Assembly (NCBI GenBank): GCA_963555755.3
Contig: OY820905.2
Location: forward strand, 2,720,001 to 2,784,000
Source: Nitrospirales bacterium
GTDB taxonomy: Bacteria; Nitrospirota; Nitrospiria; Nitrospirales; UBA8639
DNA: 64,000 bases
Reading direction: 5' to 3'
A program made the position numbers and the translations under genes. How positions within the stretch are numbered: the stretch's first letter is position 1; each line of letters starts with the position of its first letter. Below, piece after piece: positions 41,142 to 50,835 of the stretch. The notes below the pieces were generated by a model, which searched no databases, was not told the origin of the DNA, and worked only from the letters and a program-made list of their open reading frames with translations.

Positions 41142-42467
41142 TTATCCTTGAATCACAGCAAATTGATACACCTGCTGCAACGCTCGTTCTGAACGAATCC
41201 GGTCTTCAAACTCTTGACGGGAAGTATCCCCGCCGGATGTGATCATATCCTGGATATTCTCAACAGGAATTCGAAGGCTGTGCGCCAATTTGGTAATTTC
41301 CTCTTGAATGTCTTGATCGGAAACAGACACCCCTTCTTTGTCGGCAATGGCCTCAAGGATCAGCGCGAGTTTGACGCGTTTTTTGGCATCGGGTGCGAGG
41401 TCTTGTTGCAAGCGTTTCACTTCCGCTTCCCAATACGTTTGATCATCAGGGGAAGGCCCGCCACCTTTTTTACGCTGCTCGCTCATTAAGCGTTGACGAA
41501 CCATGGCTTTGACTTCCCGTTCCACTAGCACTTCAGGGAGATCGAAATGATGCATTGACACGAGCCGCTCAATGATTTGATCTTTATGCGCCTCTTCCAC
41601 CTCTCGTTTCAGTGCACTCTCCAATTCTGTGCGTACTTTGTCTTTGAGTACATCCAGGGTTTCATAGGGGCCGCAGTCTTTGGCGAATTCGTCATCCAAC
41701 GCTGGGACGTTTTTTTGCTTCACCCCCACGATAGCAATCCGAAACGTGACAGACTTTCCTGCCAATCGTTCGTCGGGGTGAGTCGCCGGATATTCTTGAA
41801 CCACTTCCGCGGTTTGTCCTTCGGATAACCCCATCAACGCTTCGTCAATCTTGATACCCAAAACTGGTTCGTTTGAGCCCACCGTGTGGAGATGACCATC
41901 TTTTTTCGACCCATCAACTGGCTCACCATCAAGGAGCCCTTCGATATTGACAACGGCGTAGAGGCCTTCATCCAGAGGGGTACCCTTCGGCGCCACATCA
42001 ATCTGTGCTTGTGACTCCCGTAGCTTTTCCAAGGCCTTGTCCACATCTTCATCAGAAATCGATCGTGTATCAGGCTTTAAAGAAATAGGATTGGGCGGAC
42101 GGTAATCCCGCAATTCGAATGTTGGCTTGATTTCGACCGTGGCGGTAAATGTCAACGAGGTATCGCGTTGGGCTTTCATCCGGTCGAGCGGGGGAATTTC
42201 TACCAAGACCGGAGAGACACCGGCCTCTTTCATCGCCCGTTGGTAGTAATTCGGTACTAGGCTTTGGATGACATCTTGCTCTACGGCTTTCGCATACCGC
42301 TTTACCAGCATGGCCATGGGGGCTTTACCTGGACGAAATCCAGGGATACGGACTTGCCGTTTCAGGTTAGTGTAAACCCGATCAAATTCTTGGTTAACCA
42401 CATCTTCAGGAACTTCAATTTTGATCGCCCGTTTAACCGGACCCAGTTCTGTCACTTCCAATTTCAT
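41142..42467 (-). CDS. tig: Trigger factor
   Basis: IPGFRPGKAP motif, LAGK.VTF, LDDEFAK; synteny with clpPX. Confidence 0.94.
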   Translation of the reverse strand: MKLEVTELGPVKRAIKIEVPEDVVNQEFDRVYTNLKRQVRIPGFRPGKAPMAMLVKRYAKAVEQDVIQSLVPNYYQRAMKEAGVSPVLVEIPPLDRMKAQRDTSLTFTATVEIKPTFELRDYRPPNPISLKPDTRSISDEDVDKALEKLRESQAQIDVAPKGTPLDEGLYAVVNIEGLLDGEPVDGSKKDGHLHTVGSNEPVLGIKIDEALMGLSEGQTAEVVQEYPATHPDERLAGKSVTFRIAIVGVKQKNVPALDDEFAKDCGPYETLDVLKDKVRTELESALKREVEEAHKDQIIERLVSMHHFDLPEVLVEREVKAMVRQRLMSEQRKKGGGPSPDDQTYWEAEVKRLQQDLAPDAKKRVKLALILEAIADKEGVSVSDQDIQEEITKLAHSLRIPVENIQDMITSGGDTSRQEFEDRIRSERALQQVYQFAVIQG

Positions 42468-42528
42468 GATACGTCTCTGCCTTTTAATAATGTATTAATG
42501 AGTCGATGCGAAGAACCCCACCGAAACG

Positions 42529-42611
42529 TGGTGCGAGAGGGGGGACTTGAACCCCCACGGTCTCCCACGAGATCCTAAATCTCGCGCGTCTGCCGGTTCC
42601 GCCACTCTCGC
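42529..42611 (-). tRNA. tRNA-Leu(TAG)
   Basis: gcgagagtggcggaaccggcagacgcg-cgaga-ttTAGga-tctcg...ggttcaagtcc...ctctcgcacca. Confidence 0.95.
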
Positions 42612-42776
42612 ATCGATGGCCTTCGTCATTCGCTATCTGTTATGAGAATGAATCGAATTGTGATCCACGTGAATCGAGGTAAACAAGGGCTCTTTCATGC
42701 ATCATAGACTCTTGTATGTTAAGCTGTTTTCCCTATTTACCCACACCTTGCATGCAGTGTCAACGACTATAGATAT

Positions 42777-42977
42777 GATTCCGTAGTTCGTATTTCGGGA
42801 TTCGTATTTCGTCATTCCTTTTCCGTTCTTTCACGCTTGCACGCCGGGCCTACTTCGCCGGAGTAGCTACGAAGGCTGAAAGCGCTCCCGGCCGTCGTAG
42901 CCAAGAGGCTACTATGGCGGAGTCGGCACAGCCCGCAGGCACCAGATACGAATGACGAGATACGAATGACGAATTTC
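42777..42977. repeat. Inverted heptamer array enclosing nested mini-hairpins
   Basis: ttcgtatttcg... / ...gatacgaatgacga flanking cctacttcgcc..gctacgaagg and ccgtcgtagcc..ggctactatgg. Confidence 0.65.
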
Positions 42978-43025
42978 CATTCTCTTCTTGCCAGAATCGC
43001 GACAACTGAGCTAAGGTAAAGAGTT

Positions 43026-43286
43026 ATGGGACTCAAGAAACTCTACCTCGATATTTACGAACAGTTTTCCCAAAAACAGGGAACCGCTAAGGGCTACAAC
43101 TTTCAGGAAAGCAGTCAAGGTAGTACGCGGCCCAAAATGGTCACCTTCAAAGACCGGGTCAAATGGTGGACCCTTAATCGCCCCAAGCGATTAACCATGA
43201 TCACGCAAGAACGGGACCGACAGCAACAGGAAATCCTTGCGATCAAACAGCAGCCGAAGTCCACACCTCAAAACCCTCAAGCCTGA
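43026..43286 (+). CDS. Hypothetical protein
   Basis: 86-aa ATG ORF with purine-rich RBS, co-oriented with the next gene. Confidence 0.55.
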   Translation: MGLKKLYLDIYEQFSQKQGTAKGYNFQESSQGSTRPKMVTFKDRVKWWTLNRPKRLTMITQERDRQQQEILAIKQQPKSTPQNPQA

Positions 43287-43304
43287 TTCTCTACACGACC
43301 ACAC

Positions 43305-44111
43305 ATGTTCGAGCTCGTCCGAGCGACCCTTGAGTTATATCGACAGGCCTTGCGTGCCACCTTTTCCTCCTTGACCAGGAATTGGACCCTTATTGCAGCC
43401 ATTGTCGTACTCGCCATCTTGATGTTCCTCATCACGGGCGTGGCCATGTCACTAGGTATGCTCGGCGGATTTTTGTTGGGAGCCGCCAATGCCTTCGCGG
43501 TGGGAACGCTGTTGAGTCTGGTAGAGCAAGCCGTGATGACAACACGCCGAATAACCTGGGAAGATCTGTGGAAGGCAGCCGGTCAATATTTTTGGGATGT
43601 CATTTCCATTGGGTTTATTGTCTGGGTGCCATTGCAGTTTTTGGAAATCGGGATGCAAGCCAATCCCAACGGGCCTGCCATCGTCTCGGCGGTGTTTTTT
43701 CTGCTTTTTCTTTTGCTGAATCCCGTCCCGGAAATTATCTATCAAGTCCGCCTTGGTTCGCCCCTCGACAGCCTAAAGGAAAGCTATGAATTTGTACTAG
43801 AAAACTGGATTGAATGGTTTGTGCCATTAGCGGTGATTCTCGCGCCGTTTGGGCTGTCGTTCTTCTTTGTGATTTCAGGCCAAGGAGGCCGGCTCATCGG
43901 CTTGGACTTTTTGCACTTGTTGCAGCTGCCGTTTGCTGTACTGGCTCAGCTATTCCAACTTCTCGGCTTTTCCTCATCTCTCGCCACAGTGATCATCCTC
44001 ATCCTTACACCGATAGGCGTGGTCGCAATGATGTTATTTCGCGGGTTCCTCTTTTCGGCATTGCATGGATCGTCGAGACGACAACGGCAATTTCGTGCCA
44101 GGGGTTGTTGA
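43305..44111 (+). CDS. Multi-pass membrane protein, unknown function
   Basis: Several hydrophobic helices; stop codon lies inside the adjacent MITE. Confidence 0.75.
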   Translation: MFELVRATLELYRQALRATFSSLTRNWTLIAAIVVLAILMFLITGVAMSLGMLGGFLLGAANAFAVGTLLSLVEQAVMTTRRITWEDLWKAAGQYFWDVISIGFIVWVPLQFLEIGMQANPNGPAIVSAVFFLLFLLLNPVPEIIYQVRLGSPLDSLKESYEFVLENWIEWFVPLAVILAPFGLSFFFVISGQGGRLIGLDFLHLLQLPFAVLAQLFQLLGFSSSLATVIILILTPIGVVAMMLFRGFLFSALHGSSRRQRQFRARGC

Positions 44112-44243
44112 AAAAGCATGCCCTGAGTCTTTCCGAAGGGTCCCAGCGGCGTTCTCGGGCCTTTGTCGTGCTCACGTACTCACGTACGCTCCGCGCGCCA
44201 AAGCCCCTGCGGCCTTGCTGGAGGGCCTTTTTGAACAACCCCC
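44101..44243 (-). mobile_element. MITE family A, reverse orientation
   Basis: ggggttgttgaaaaag ... ctttttgaacaacccc with the reverse-complement core. Confidence 0.85.
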
Positions 44244-44592
44244 TTTCCTTCTGACAATTGAAGCGGTTAGACCGTCCCTGGAAAACTCACAAAAAATATG
44301 AATTATTCAACAGTCCCTGCCAGGTCTCTTGGGTCCTAGTAGATATGAAGCGTCATGCGTAAAGCGTGATACGCAGGAGAAAAACGCGATGGAATTTCTT
44401 CCTCGCTTCACGCATGACGCTTCACGTTTCACGAAATAGACCTTAATCCAACACGTTACGGACAGGTCCTGAACAGCCCATTTTAGCGATCCTTGTGGAC
44501 CGGAAAGGCCCGTGATAATATGTCGAACCTTGCTGAAAATAGGAGAAAAAAGCTTCTTGATCAGCCTAAAATTTCACTAGTTGATATGGTTT

Positions 44593-44682
44593 GGAGAGGT
44601 GCGAGAGTGGCCGATTCGGCGTGCTTGGAAAGCACGTGTACCGGCAACGGTACCATGGGTTCGAATCCCATCCTCTCCGCCA
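44593..44682 (+). tRNA. tRNA-Ser(GGA)
   Basis: ggagagg...cgtgc-ttGGAaa-gcacg, long variable arm, ggttcgaatcc...cctctccgcca. Confidence 0.95.
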
Positions 44683-44726
44683 TTAGCTTGATAACTAACA
44701 GAAATGATTCGCCTCAGAGAGTCATT

Positions 44727-44858
44727 TATGGATCAAAATTCAAGCCTTGGAAGCTGATCAGTTTTGTTGGATTTTCTGAAGCTTCAAAGGCCGTTGAATT
44801 TGAACGTTACCTTAAGACGGGATCTGGGCGAGCCTTTGCTAGAAAAAGATTATTGTAA
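44727..44858 (+). pseudogene. 3' remnant of a small GIY-YIG nuclease
   Basis: SKFKPWKLISFVGFSEASKAVEFERYLKTGSGRAFARKRLL*; the N-terminal GIY-YIG motif is missing. Confidence 0.7.
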
Positions 44859-44916
44859 TACGACCAGATGTAGGAGGATTGTTCCAGAGCACGGAATAAT
44901 CATAAATACTCGAAAA

Positions 44917-45017
44917 GGGGCTGGGCCCTGTGCAACAGAATCTTGTGAACCCCGCCAGGTCCGGAAGGAAGCAACGGTAAGCAGGCGAGTCTGGGTGCCG
45001 CAGGATCACCTGGCCCC
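44917..45017 (+). ncRNA. ffs: Signal recognition particle RNA (4.5S)
   Basis: Domain IV ccaggtccggaaggaagcaacgg; terminal pairing ggggc..gg / cc..gcccc; upstream of dnaX. Confidence 0.93.
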
Positions 45018-45026
45018 GGTTTTTAT

Positions 45027-45149
45027 GGAAATGTTCACAAAACCCCGCCAGCGGCGTTCTCGCCATTTTGCCGTGCTCACGTACTGAGAGTACGCTCCGC
45101 TCGTCAAAATGGCTGCGGCCTTGCTGGACAGGATTTTTTGAGCATTTCC
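45027..45149 (-). mobile_element. MITE family A, reverse orientation
   Basis: ggaaatgttcacaaaa ... ttttttgagcatttcc with the reverse core. Confidence 0.8.
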
Positions 45150-45309
45150 AGTTGATAATGCCCATCAGAGCTTGGGCATTGATTGATCATTGAAGTAAAA
45201 TTTTCAACCGTCCTTAATCTCTATGCGTGAGACGTGATCCGAAATGTGTAAAGAACAATCCGTTTTCACATTCTTCGCTTCACGCTTCACGCTTCACGCT
45301 TAACGAACG

Positions 45310-47166
45310 ATGGAATACCAAGTCTCCGCTAGAAAATTTCGCCCGGGTACGTTTGACGAACTGATTGGTCAACCCCACGTCGTCCAAACGTTGCGGAATG
45401 CGATTCTGCGCAAACAAGTGGCTCATGCCTATTTGTTCTCAGGGATGCGTGGCGTGGGTAAGACAACAGTGGCCCGCATTCTCGCCAAAGCTCTCAATTG
45501 TGAAAATGGACCGACCGCCGATCCCTGCGAACAATGCGAAAGTTGCAAGGAAATCAGCCGTGGCAATTCTGTTGATGTTATTGAGATAGACGGCGCATCG
45601 AATACTGGAGTCGATGATGTCCGCGAACTTCGGGAAAATGTGAAATATGCCCCGTTTCGCGGCACCTACCGGATTTACATCATCGACGAAGTCCACATGC
45701 TTTCCAATGCTGCGTTTAACGCTTTACTGAAAACGCTGGAAGAACCGCCGGCTCATGCCATCTTTGTCTTTGCCACCACCGAAATTCATAAAATTCCCGC
45801 TACCATCACGTCACGGTGCCAGCATTTTAATTTTCGCCGCATTCCCCGCCGGGAAATTATCGCACGCCTTCAAGAGGTGGCCACACGGAATGACGTGACC
45901 ATTGAGGAGCGGAGCTTGGGCGCAATTGCTCAAGCCAGCGAAGGCAGCATGCGCGACGCGTTAAGCTTGCTGGATCAAGCCGTGGCTTTTGGTGGGAAGT
46001 CGATCGGCGATCAGGACATTGAAGACATGCTCGGCTCGGTGCCGGATGAACTGGTTCGCCGGTTGGTGGAAACCGTTGTTGGCCAAGACGCGGCAGCGGC
46101 GGTAGAGTTAGTCGGCGAAGTTATCGACCACGGGTATGATCTTCGCGTGTATTGCGGAGCCGTGGTAGAACGAATGCGCAACCTCATGATCGCTGCCGTG
46201 GTGCCTGGAGCAGCGCAAGCCGAAGGGTTGATGGACTTACCGAGTGAAGATGTTCAACACCTGATGACGGAAGCCAAAGCATTTTCCGTTGAACAATTAC
46301 AGGAGCTGTTTCAGTTGTTTGCCCAAGCGGAAGATCGGCTTCGCGTCACAGCCCATCCACGTTTTGCCTTTGAAGTGGCAGCGGTTCGAGCAGCTCGGTT
46401 GTTTCAACATAAACCGGCTGCCTCTAGCAGCCAACCCATAGACGTGGCTCCGAAACCTACGGCCCATAGGACTGGTACGGCTCAGCCAGAAGTGCCAAGG
46501 AAGCTGATTCCGGCAGGAGCCCCCTCGCCAAAGCCTCTGCCAACCCAGTCAGAACGCAGGCCTGAAACAACAGCCACTCTTGCCCAAGAAGAGCCCAGCC
46601 CGGCTCAAAAGCCGCCGCAAAAATCGAATGAGCCGCAACGAACTTCAGGGGCCACTCGAACAACCGAACGACCGCAAGTAGTATCCAAAGGGCCATTGCC
46701 AAGTCCGGCTCTGCCCAAGGGCAAACCATCGCCAGCCCTAACCCCAGCCCTTCAACCGGACGATTGGCGAAAAGTCGTCGAGTCGATGATTAAAAAATAT
46801 CCGAACATCGGCACGTTTCTGGAGATGGGTATGTTGGTCAAGGTTGAAGGGAACCAAGTCATCATCGGATTTCCGAAAACTGCGTCTGTAGCATGCTCTC
46901 GCATTCAAAAAGAAGAGAATCGGGTGCTGATCTCGACAATTTGCCAAGAGGTGGTTGGAGCCACGATCCAGCTTCGCGTGGTCGAGTTAGCAGAAAATCA
47001 GGAAAGTGGTCTGACCATCAAGCAGATGCGGGTTCAACGGCAGAAACACGATGATGACGCGTTGCTTGAAGAAGCAAAAGCCAACTCATTAGTAAAGCAA
47101 ACGATGGAGCTGTTTGGCGGAGAGGTGATCAAAGCCAGCCGCATGGTGGAGAAAAAGGAGGCATAA
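45310..47166 (+). CDS. dnaX: DNA polymerase III subunit gamma/tau
   Basis: ARKFRP, GMRGVGKTT, EIDGASN, IIDEVHML, SRC. Confidence 0.96.
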   Translation: MEYQVSARKFRPGTFDELIGQPHVVQTLRNAILRKQVAHAYLFSGMRGVGKTTVARILAKALNCENGPTADPCEQCESCKEISRGNSVDVIEIDGASNTGVDDVRELRENVKYAPFRGTYRIYIIDEVHMLSNAAFNALLKTLEEPPAHAIFVFATTEIHKIPATITSRCQHFNFRRIPRREIIARLQEVATRNDVTIEERSLGAIAQASEGSMRDALSLLDQAVAFGGKSIGDQDIEDMLGSVPDELVRRLVETVVGQDAAAAVELVGEVIDHGYDLRVYCGAVVERMRNLMIAAVVPGAAQAEGLMDLPSEDVQHLMTEAKAFSVEQLQELFQLFAQAEDRLRVTAHPRFAFEVAAVRAARLFQHKPAASSSQPIDVAPKPTAHRTGTAQPEVPRKLIPAGAPSPKPLPTQSERRPETTATLAQEEPSPAQKPPQKSNEPQRTSGATRTTERPQVVSKGPLPSPALPKGKPSPALTPALQPDDWRKVVESMIKKYPNIGTFLEMGMLVKVEGNQVIIGFPKTASVACSRIQKEENRVLISTICQEVVGATIQLRVVELAENQESGLTIKQMRVQRQKHDDDALLEEAKANSLVKQTMELFGGEVIKASRMVEKKEA

Positions 47167-47168
47167 GC

Positions 47169-47495
47169 ATGTCGAAGAATCCATTTGGAAATATGGCCGA
47201 TATGATGAAACAGGCGCAGGCCATGCAGGAGCGGTTAGGCAAGATTCAAGAAGAGGCCGAGACCAAAACAGTGGAGGCTTCAGCTGGCGGCGGCATGGTC
47301 ACGATCACGGCCAATGGTGGCATGAAGATTATCAAAATCGCCATCGATCCTGAGGTCTTAAAATCCGAGGATCCCGAGATGCTTCAGGATTTATTGGTGG
47401 CGGCCACGAACGAAGCCCTTCGCAAAGCCAAAGAACTCATGGCTGAAGAGGTAAAAGGGCTCACCGGCGGAATGGGCATCCCAGGCATGTTCTAG
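47169..47495 (+). CDS. ybaB: YbaB/EbfC nucleoid-associated protein
   Basis: MMKQAQAMQ, SAGGGMV, EMLQDLL.AA.NEA. Confidence 0.94.
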   Translation: MSKNPFGNMADMMKQAQAMQERLGKIQEEAETKTVEASAGGGMVTITANGGMKIIKIAIDPEVLKSEDPEMLQDLLVAATNEALRKAKELMAEEVKGLTGGMGIPGMF

Positions 47496-47496
47496 C

Positions 47497-47616
47497 CAGG
47501 ATGTTCAAAATGTCCACCAGCGGCGTTCTCGGGCCTTTGTCGTGCTCACGTACTGGTGTACGCTCCGCGCGCCAAAGTCCCTGCGGCCTTGCTGGACGGC
47601 CATTTTGAACATCCTG
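47497..47616 (-). mobile_element. MITE family A between ybaB and recR
   Basis: Perfect 16-bp TIRs caggatgttcaaaatg / cattttgaacatcctg. Confidence 0.88.
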
Positions 47617-47656
47617 AATGAATGACATAATACGGATGAAGGTTTGGTGAAGGCGC

Positions 47657-48265
47657 ATGAGTATTCAGCAACAGGAACAAGGGCTTCTAGCAAAACTCGT
47701 GAAAGAGTTTGTCCGCTTGCCGGGTATCGGGCAAAAGACCGCTCAGCGGTTAGCGTTTCATATGATGAAGGCGAATACAGACGACGCGCTACGATTAGCC
47801 AACGCCATTCGCGATGTCAAAGAATTCGTGACCTTTTGCGTGCAATGCCGCAACATTGCGGAAAGCGAGTTGTGCGAGATCTGCCAAGATCCGAAACGGG
47901 ACCGCACAAAAATCCTGGTTGTCGAAGAACCCAGCACGCTGTATGCAATTGATCAAAGCCGAAGTTACAAAGGCTTGTATCACGTATTGATGGGATCGCT
48001 CTCACCGCTGGATGGCGTGGGGCCATCCGATATTCGCCTAAAAGAGTTGGAACTGCGAGTCCAAGGTGGGGGGATAGAGGAAATCATCGTGGCCACCAAC
48101 CCCACCATTGAAGGTGAGGCTACGGCCATCTATCTCACCAAAGTGCTCAAGCCTTACGGGGTCAAAGTGTCTCGGATTGCCTATGGCATTCCCGTTGGCA
48201 TGGATATCGAATACGCCGACGAAGTCACGCTGACCAAATCAATCGAAGGCCGCCGAGAACTCTAG
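47657..48265 (+). CDS. recR: Recombination mediator RecR
   Basis: LPGIGQKTAQRLA, C4 zinc finger, ATNPTIEGEATA, EYADEVTL. Confidence 0.96.
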   Translation: MSIQQQEQGLLAKLVKEFVRLPGIGQKTAQRLAFHMMKANTDDALRLANAIRDVKEFVTFCVQCRNIAESELCEICQDPKRDRTKILVVEEPSTLYAIDQSRSYKGLYHVLMGSLSPLDGVGPSDIRLKELELRVQGGGIEEIIVATNPTIEGEATAIYLTKVLKPYGVKVSRIAYGIPVGMDIEYADEVTLTKSIEGRREL

Positions 48266-48400
48266 GAGCCATTCCAAGATTAGACGGATCTACTGCGGGC
48301 GCCGGATTCGTTATCCGTGATGCGTAATGCGTGGAAGAAACTCCATTACGGTCTTTTCCCTTCGCTTCACGGATTACGCTTCACACATGACGTGCCCCTC

Positions 48401-49105
48401 TTAAGCCCCCAATAATCTCGCAAAATCTTCCAAATCGGTTTTCCAGCGCTTACCTGATGGATCATCGGCTTTTGCAAATTGGGAAAGTCCTTTAAGGACG
48501 CTGCGTCGAGTCCCCTCGCCTGCCAACCCATCAGCAAACAGTTTCGGGATTCGTAACCCTTGTGAAACGCGGAACAAATTCGCTTGTTCCAATTTCGAAA
48601 GACCAAGATGCGTCACCATACGTTTCAGACGACCTTGCCCTTCTTTCGTAAAGGTCTCAATCACGCACGCACACAAACCGCCGACGTTGTAGCATTCTGA
48701 AGGCGACAGTTGGCTCAGCCCCTTCAAAGACGTGTTCGTTTTTGCCGGCTGTGCACCCTTCGACTTGACCGTGTTCTTTGCGGTCGGAGTTTTTGATGGA
48801 GCCACTTTCTGCGCGGTTTTTTGTTTTGTGGCCGTAGCGTTCTTTTTCTTACTTTGAGAGGATGACGCAACTTTTTTCTTTTTCGAAGAAGGAGCTGGTT
48901 GAGCCTTCTTGGCGGACGAAGAAGATTTCATAGACTTGGCCACAGGTTTTTTCTGGGAGATAGCCTTTTTACTCTGAGCTGTTTTGGCTTTGGTTGTGCC
49001 TTTTGCGATGCTGGATTTTTTCTTGGTCGAAGGCCGGCTTTTGGCGACGACCCTTGAGGCTTTGGCTTTTCCAGAAGATTTGCTAGGTTTCTTTTTTGTG
49101 GCCAT
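48401..49105 (-). CDS. Lys/Ala/Ser-rich histone-H1-like protein with a globular C-terminal domain
   Basis: GAGG RBS before MATKKKPS; about 125 aa of basic low-complexity sequence, then ECYNVGGLCACVIETF... Confidence 0.7.
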   Translation of the reverse strand: MATKKKPSKSSGKAKASRVVAKSRPSTKKKSSIAKGTTKAKTAQSKKAISQKKPVAKSMKSSSSAKKAQPAPSSKKKKVASSSQSKKKNATATKQKTAQKVAPSKTPTAKNTVKSKGAQPAKTNTSLKGLSQLSPSECYNVGGLCACVIETFTKEGQGRLKRMVTHLGLSKLEQANLFRVSQGLRIPKLFADGLAGEGTRRSVLKGLSQFAKADDPSGKRWKTDLEDFARLLGA

Positions 49106-49200
49106 AAGTAATTCCTCTCTATAGTAACAGTCGATGAACGAGCGAAGAAAAATAATCCGGTCAGGGAATATAGCCCTTTGCCAATGGTGGAGCAAGAATA

Positions 49201-50787
49201 CCCAAGATCCGCGATGGATTTATTTTGGGCATAAAAAAACCTCGTTGATTTGCTAAGATACGGGTGCCCACCCACTTAGCCACTCCTCACCAACGAGGTG
49301 AAACGAATGATGCCACAAACCGTTCTTCCGTTCAAGCTTGAGCCCACCGACGAACAGCTCACCGCTCATGGCGGGCTGGCGCTGTTCGGGGAGTTTCTCC
49401 AAGCCATGAATGTGCCCCGGCAACTCAATGCGGCCTTGCCCGCGCCCGGGAGCCGCATCGGCTATCACCCCGCCCAATTTGTCGAGCCCCTGCTGCTGAT
49501 GTTGCATGGCGGGGGCCGGACGCTGGAGGATCTGCGCCAGATTCGCGAGGATGCGGGCTTGCGGGCCGTGCTGCGACTCCCCGTGGTTCCCAGTGCCGAT
49601 GCCACGGGCGATTGGCTGCGACGCATGGGGGAGAAGGATGGTTTAGCAAGTTTAGCCGTCGTCAATCAGCAGCAGATCCGGCGGGCGTTGAAGCGGGAAC
49701 CGCGCACGGACTATACCCTCGATCTTGATGCCACGCAGATTGTCGCGGAGAAGCAGGCAGCCAAATGGACGTACAAGGGGGAGCGAGGCTATCTGCCGAT
49801 GCTGGGGCACCTGGCGGAAAATGGGCTGGTGCTTGGGGAGGAGTTTCGTGAAGGGAATGAGGCTCCGGCGTCCCGCAATCTTGAATTCACCCAGGCGTGT
49901 GCGGCGCAGATGCCCAAAGGCAAACGGATTGCTCATGTGCGGGCGGATAGTGCGGCGTACCAAGCGGAGTTGTTCAATTGGTGCGAGGAGCACAACGTGA
50001 CGTTTGCGATTGGGGGCGTGCAGGATACGGCCGTGCAGGCCGCCATTGCCGCCATCCCTGAGAGCCAGTGGCAACCCTACCGAGATGGCCATCTCGCTGA
50101 AACGGTACATTGTATGGCGAAGACCAAGCAAGCCTTTCGCCTCATCGTATTGCGACGGCCCGTGCAACAGGATCTGTTTGCCCCCGAGGCCCCCAGCCTG
50201 CGCTACACGCTGATTGCGACGAACCGAGATGGAACCCCTGAGGAGATTGTACGATGGTACAACCAGCGGGGCGAGACCAGCGAGAATCGCATCAAAGAAC
50301 TGAAGAGTGGCTTTGGCATGGAACGGCTTCCGTGTGGGACCTTCGCGGCCAATGCCGTCTTCTTTCGCATTGGCGTGTTAGCCTACAACCTGTTTGTGTT
50401 GTTCAAGTTGTTGGCGTTGCCCTATGCCTGGAGCCAGTGCCAAGTGCGCACGGTGCGTTGGCGGCTGTATCAGGTGGCGGGCAAAGTGGTCCGGCATGCT
50501 GGTGCCGTGATCCTCAAAGTGCAACAACAGCTGTGGGGCTTGTGTGAGGAGATTCGGACGCGCTGTGCAGAAGCTGCCCAGCCTTATTAAGCCGGGGCAG
50601 GGGACAGCACAAGAGAAGAAGGAAGCAGGAAGGGAGTGGTCTGCCCAAAAGGCTGGTCGATCCCATGTCAGGACAGGCAACTCTGGGAGGTGGCTCAAAT
50701 CCAGCCAGACCATTGACTAAGCAACGGCGCGAACACGTGGGTTTTGCCAAAGGACCTCTGTTGACCAAACCCATCGCGGATCTTGGG
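49201..50787 (+). mobile_element. IS1380-family insertion sequence, intact
   Basis: 17-bp perfect TIRs cccaagatccgcgatgg; 5-bp TSD GAATA. Confidence 0.93.
49298..50590 (+). CDS. IS1380-family transposase
   Basis: LTAHGGL, TLDLDAT, FREGN, VRADSA, YNQRGETSENRIKELK, RWRLYQVAGKVVRHA. Confidence 0.92.
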   Translation: MKRMMPQTVLPFKLEPTDEQLTAHGGLALFGEFLQAMNVPRQLNAALPAPGSRIGYHPAQFVEPLLLMLHGGGRTLEDLRQIREDAGLRAVLRLPVVPSADATGDWLRRMGEKDGLASLAVVNQQQIRRALKREPRTDYTLDLDATQIVAEKQAAKWTYKGERGYLPMLGHLAENGLVLGEEFREGNEAPASRNLEFTQACAAQMPKGKRIAHVRADSAAYQAELFNWCEEHNVTFAIGGVQDTAVQAAIAAIPESQWQPYRDGHLAETVHCMAKTKQAFRLIVLRRPVQQDLFAPEAPSLRYTLIATNRDGTPEEIVRWYNQRGETSENRIKELKSGFGMERLPCGTFAANAVFFRIGVLAYNLFVLFKLLALPYAWSQCQVRTVRWRLYQVAGKVVRHAGAVILKVQQQLWGLCEEIRTRCAEAAQPY

Positions 50788-50835
50788 GAATAACATCGGG
50801 TGGCCTTTTTGTCGCGGTATGGTAGGATGCCCTTC

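Noticed and set aside
44493..44726. 121-aa ORF 44493..44858 as a whole gene
   Set aside because: It overlaps tRNA-Ser on the same strand; only the last ~43 codons look protein-like.
45310..47166. Programmed -1 frameshift producing a gamma subunit in dnaX
   Set aside because: No A-AAA-AAG heptamer or long A-run was seen at an appropriate internal position.
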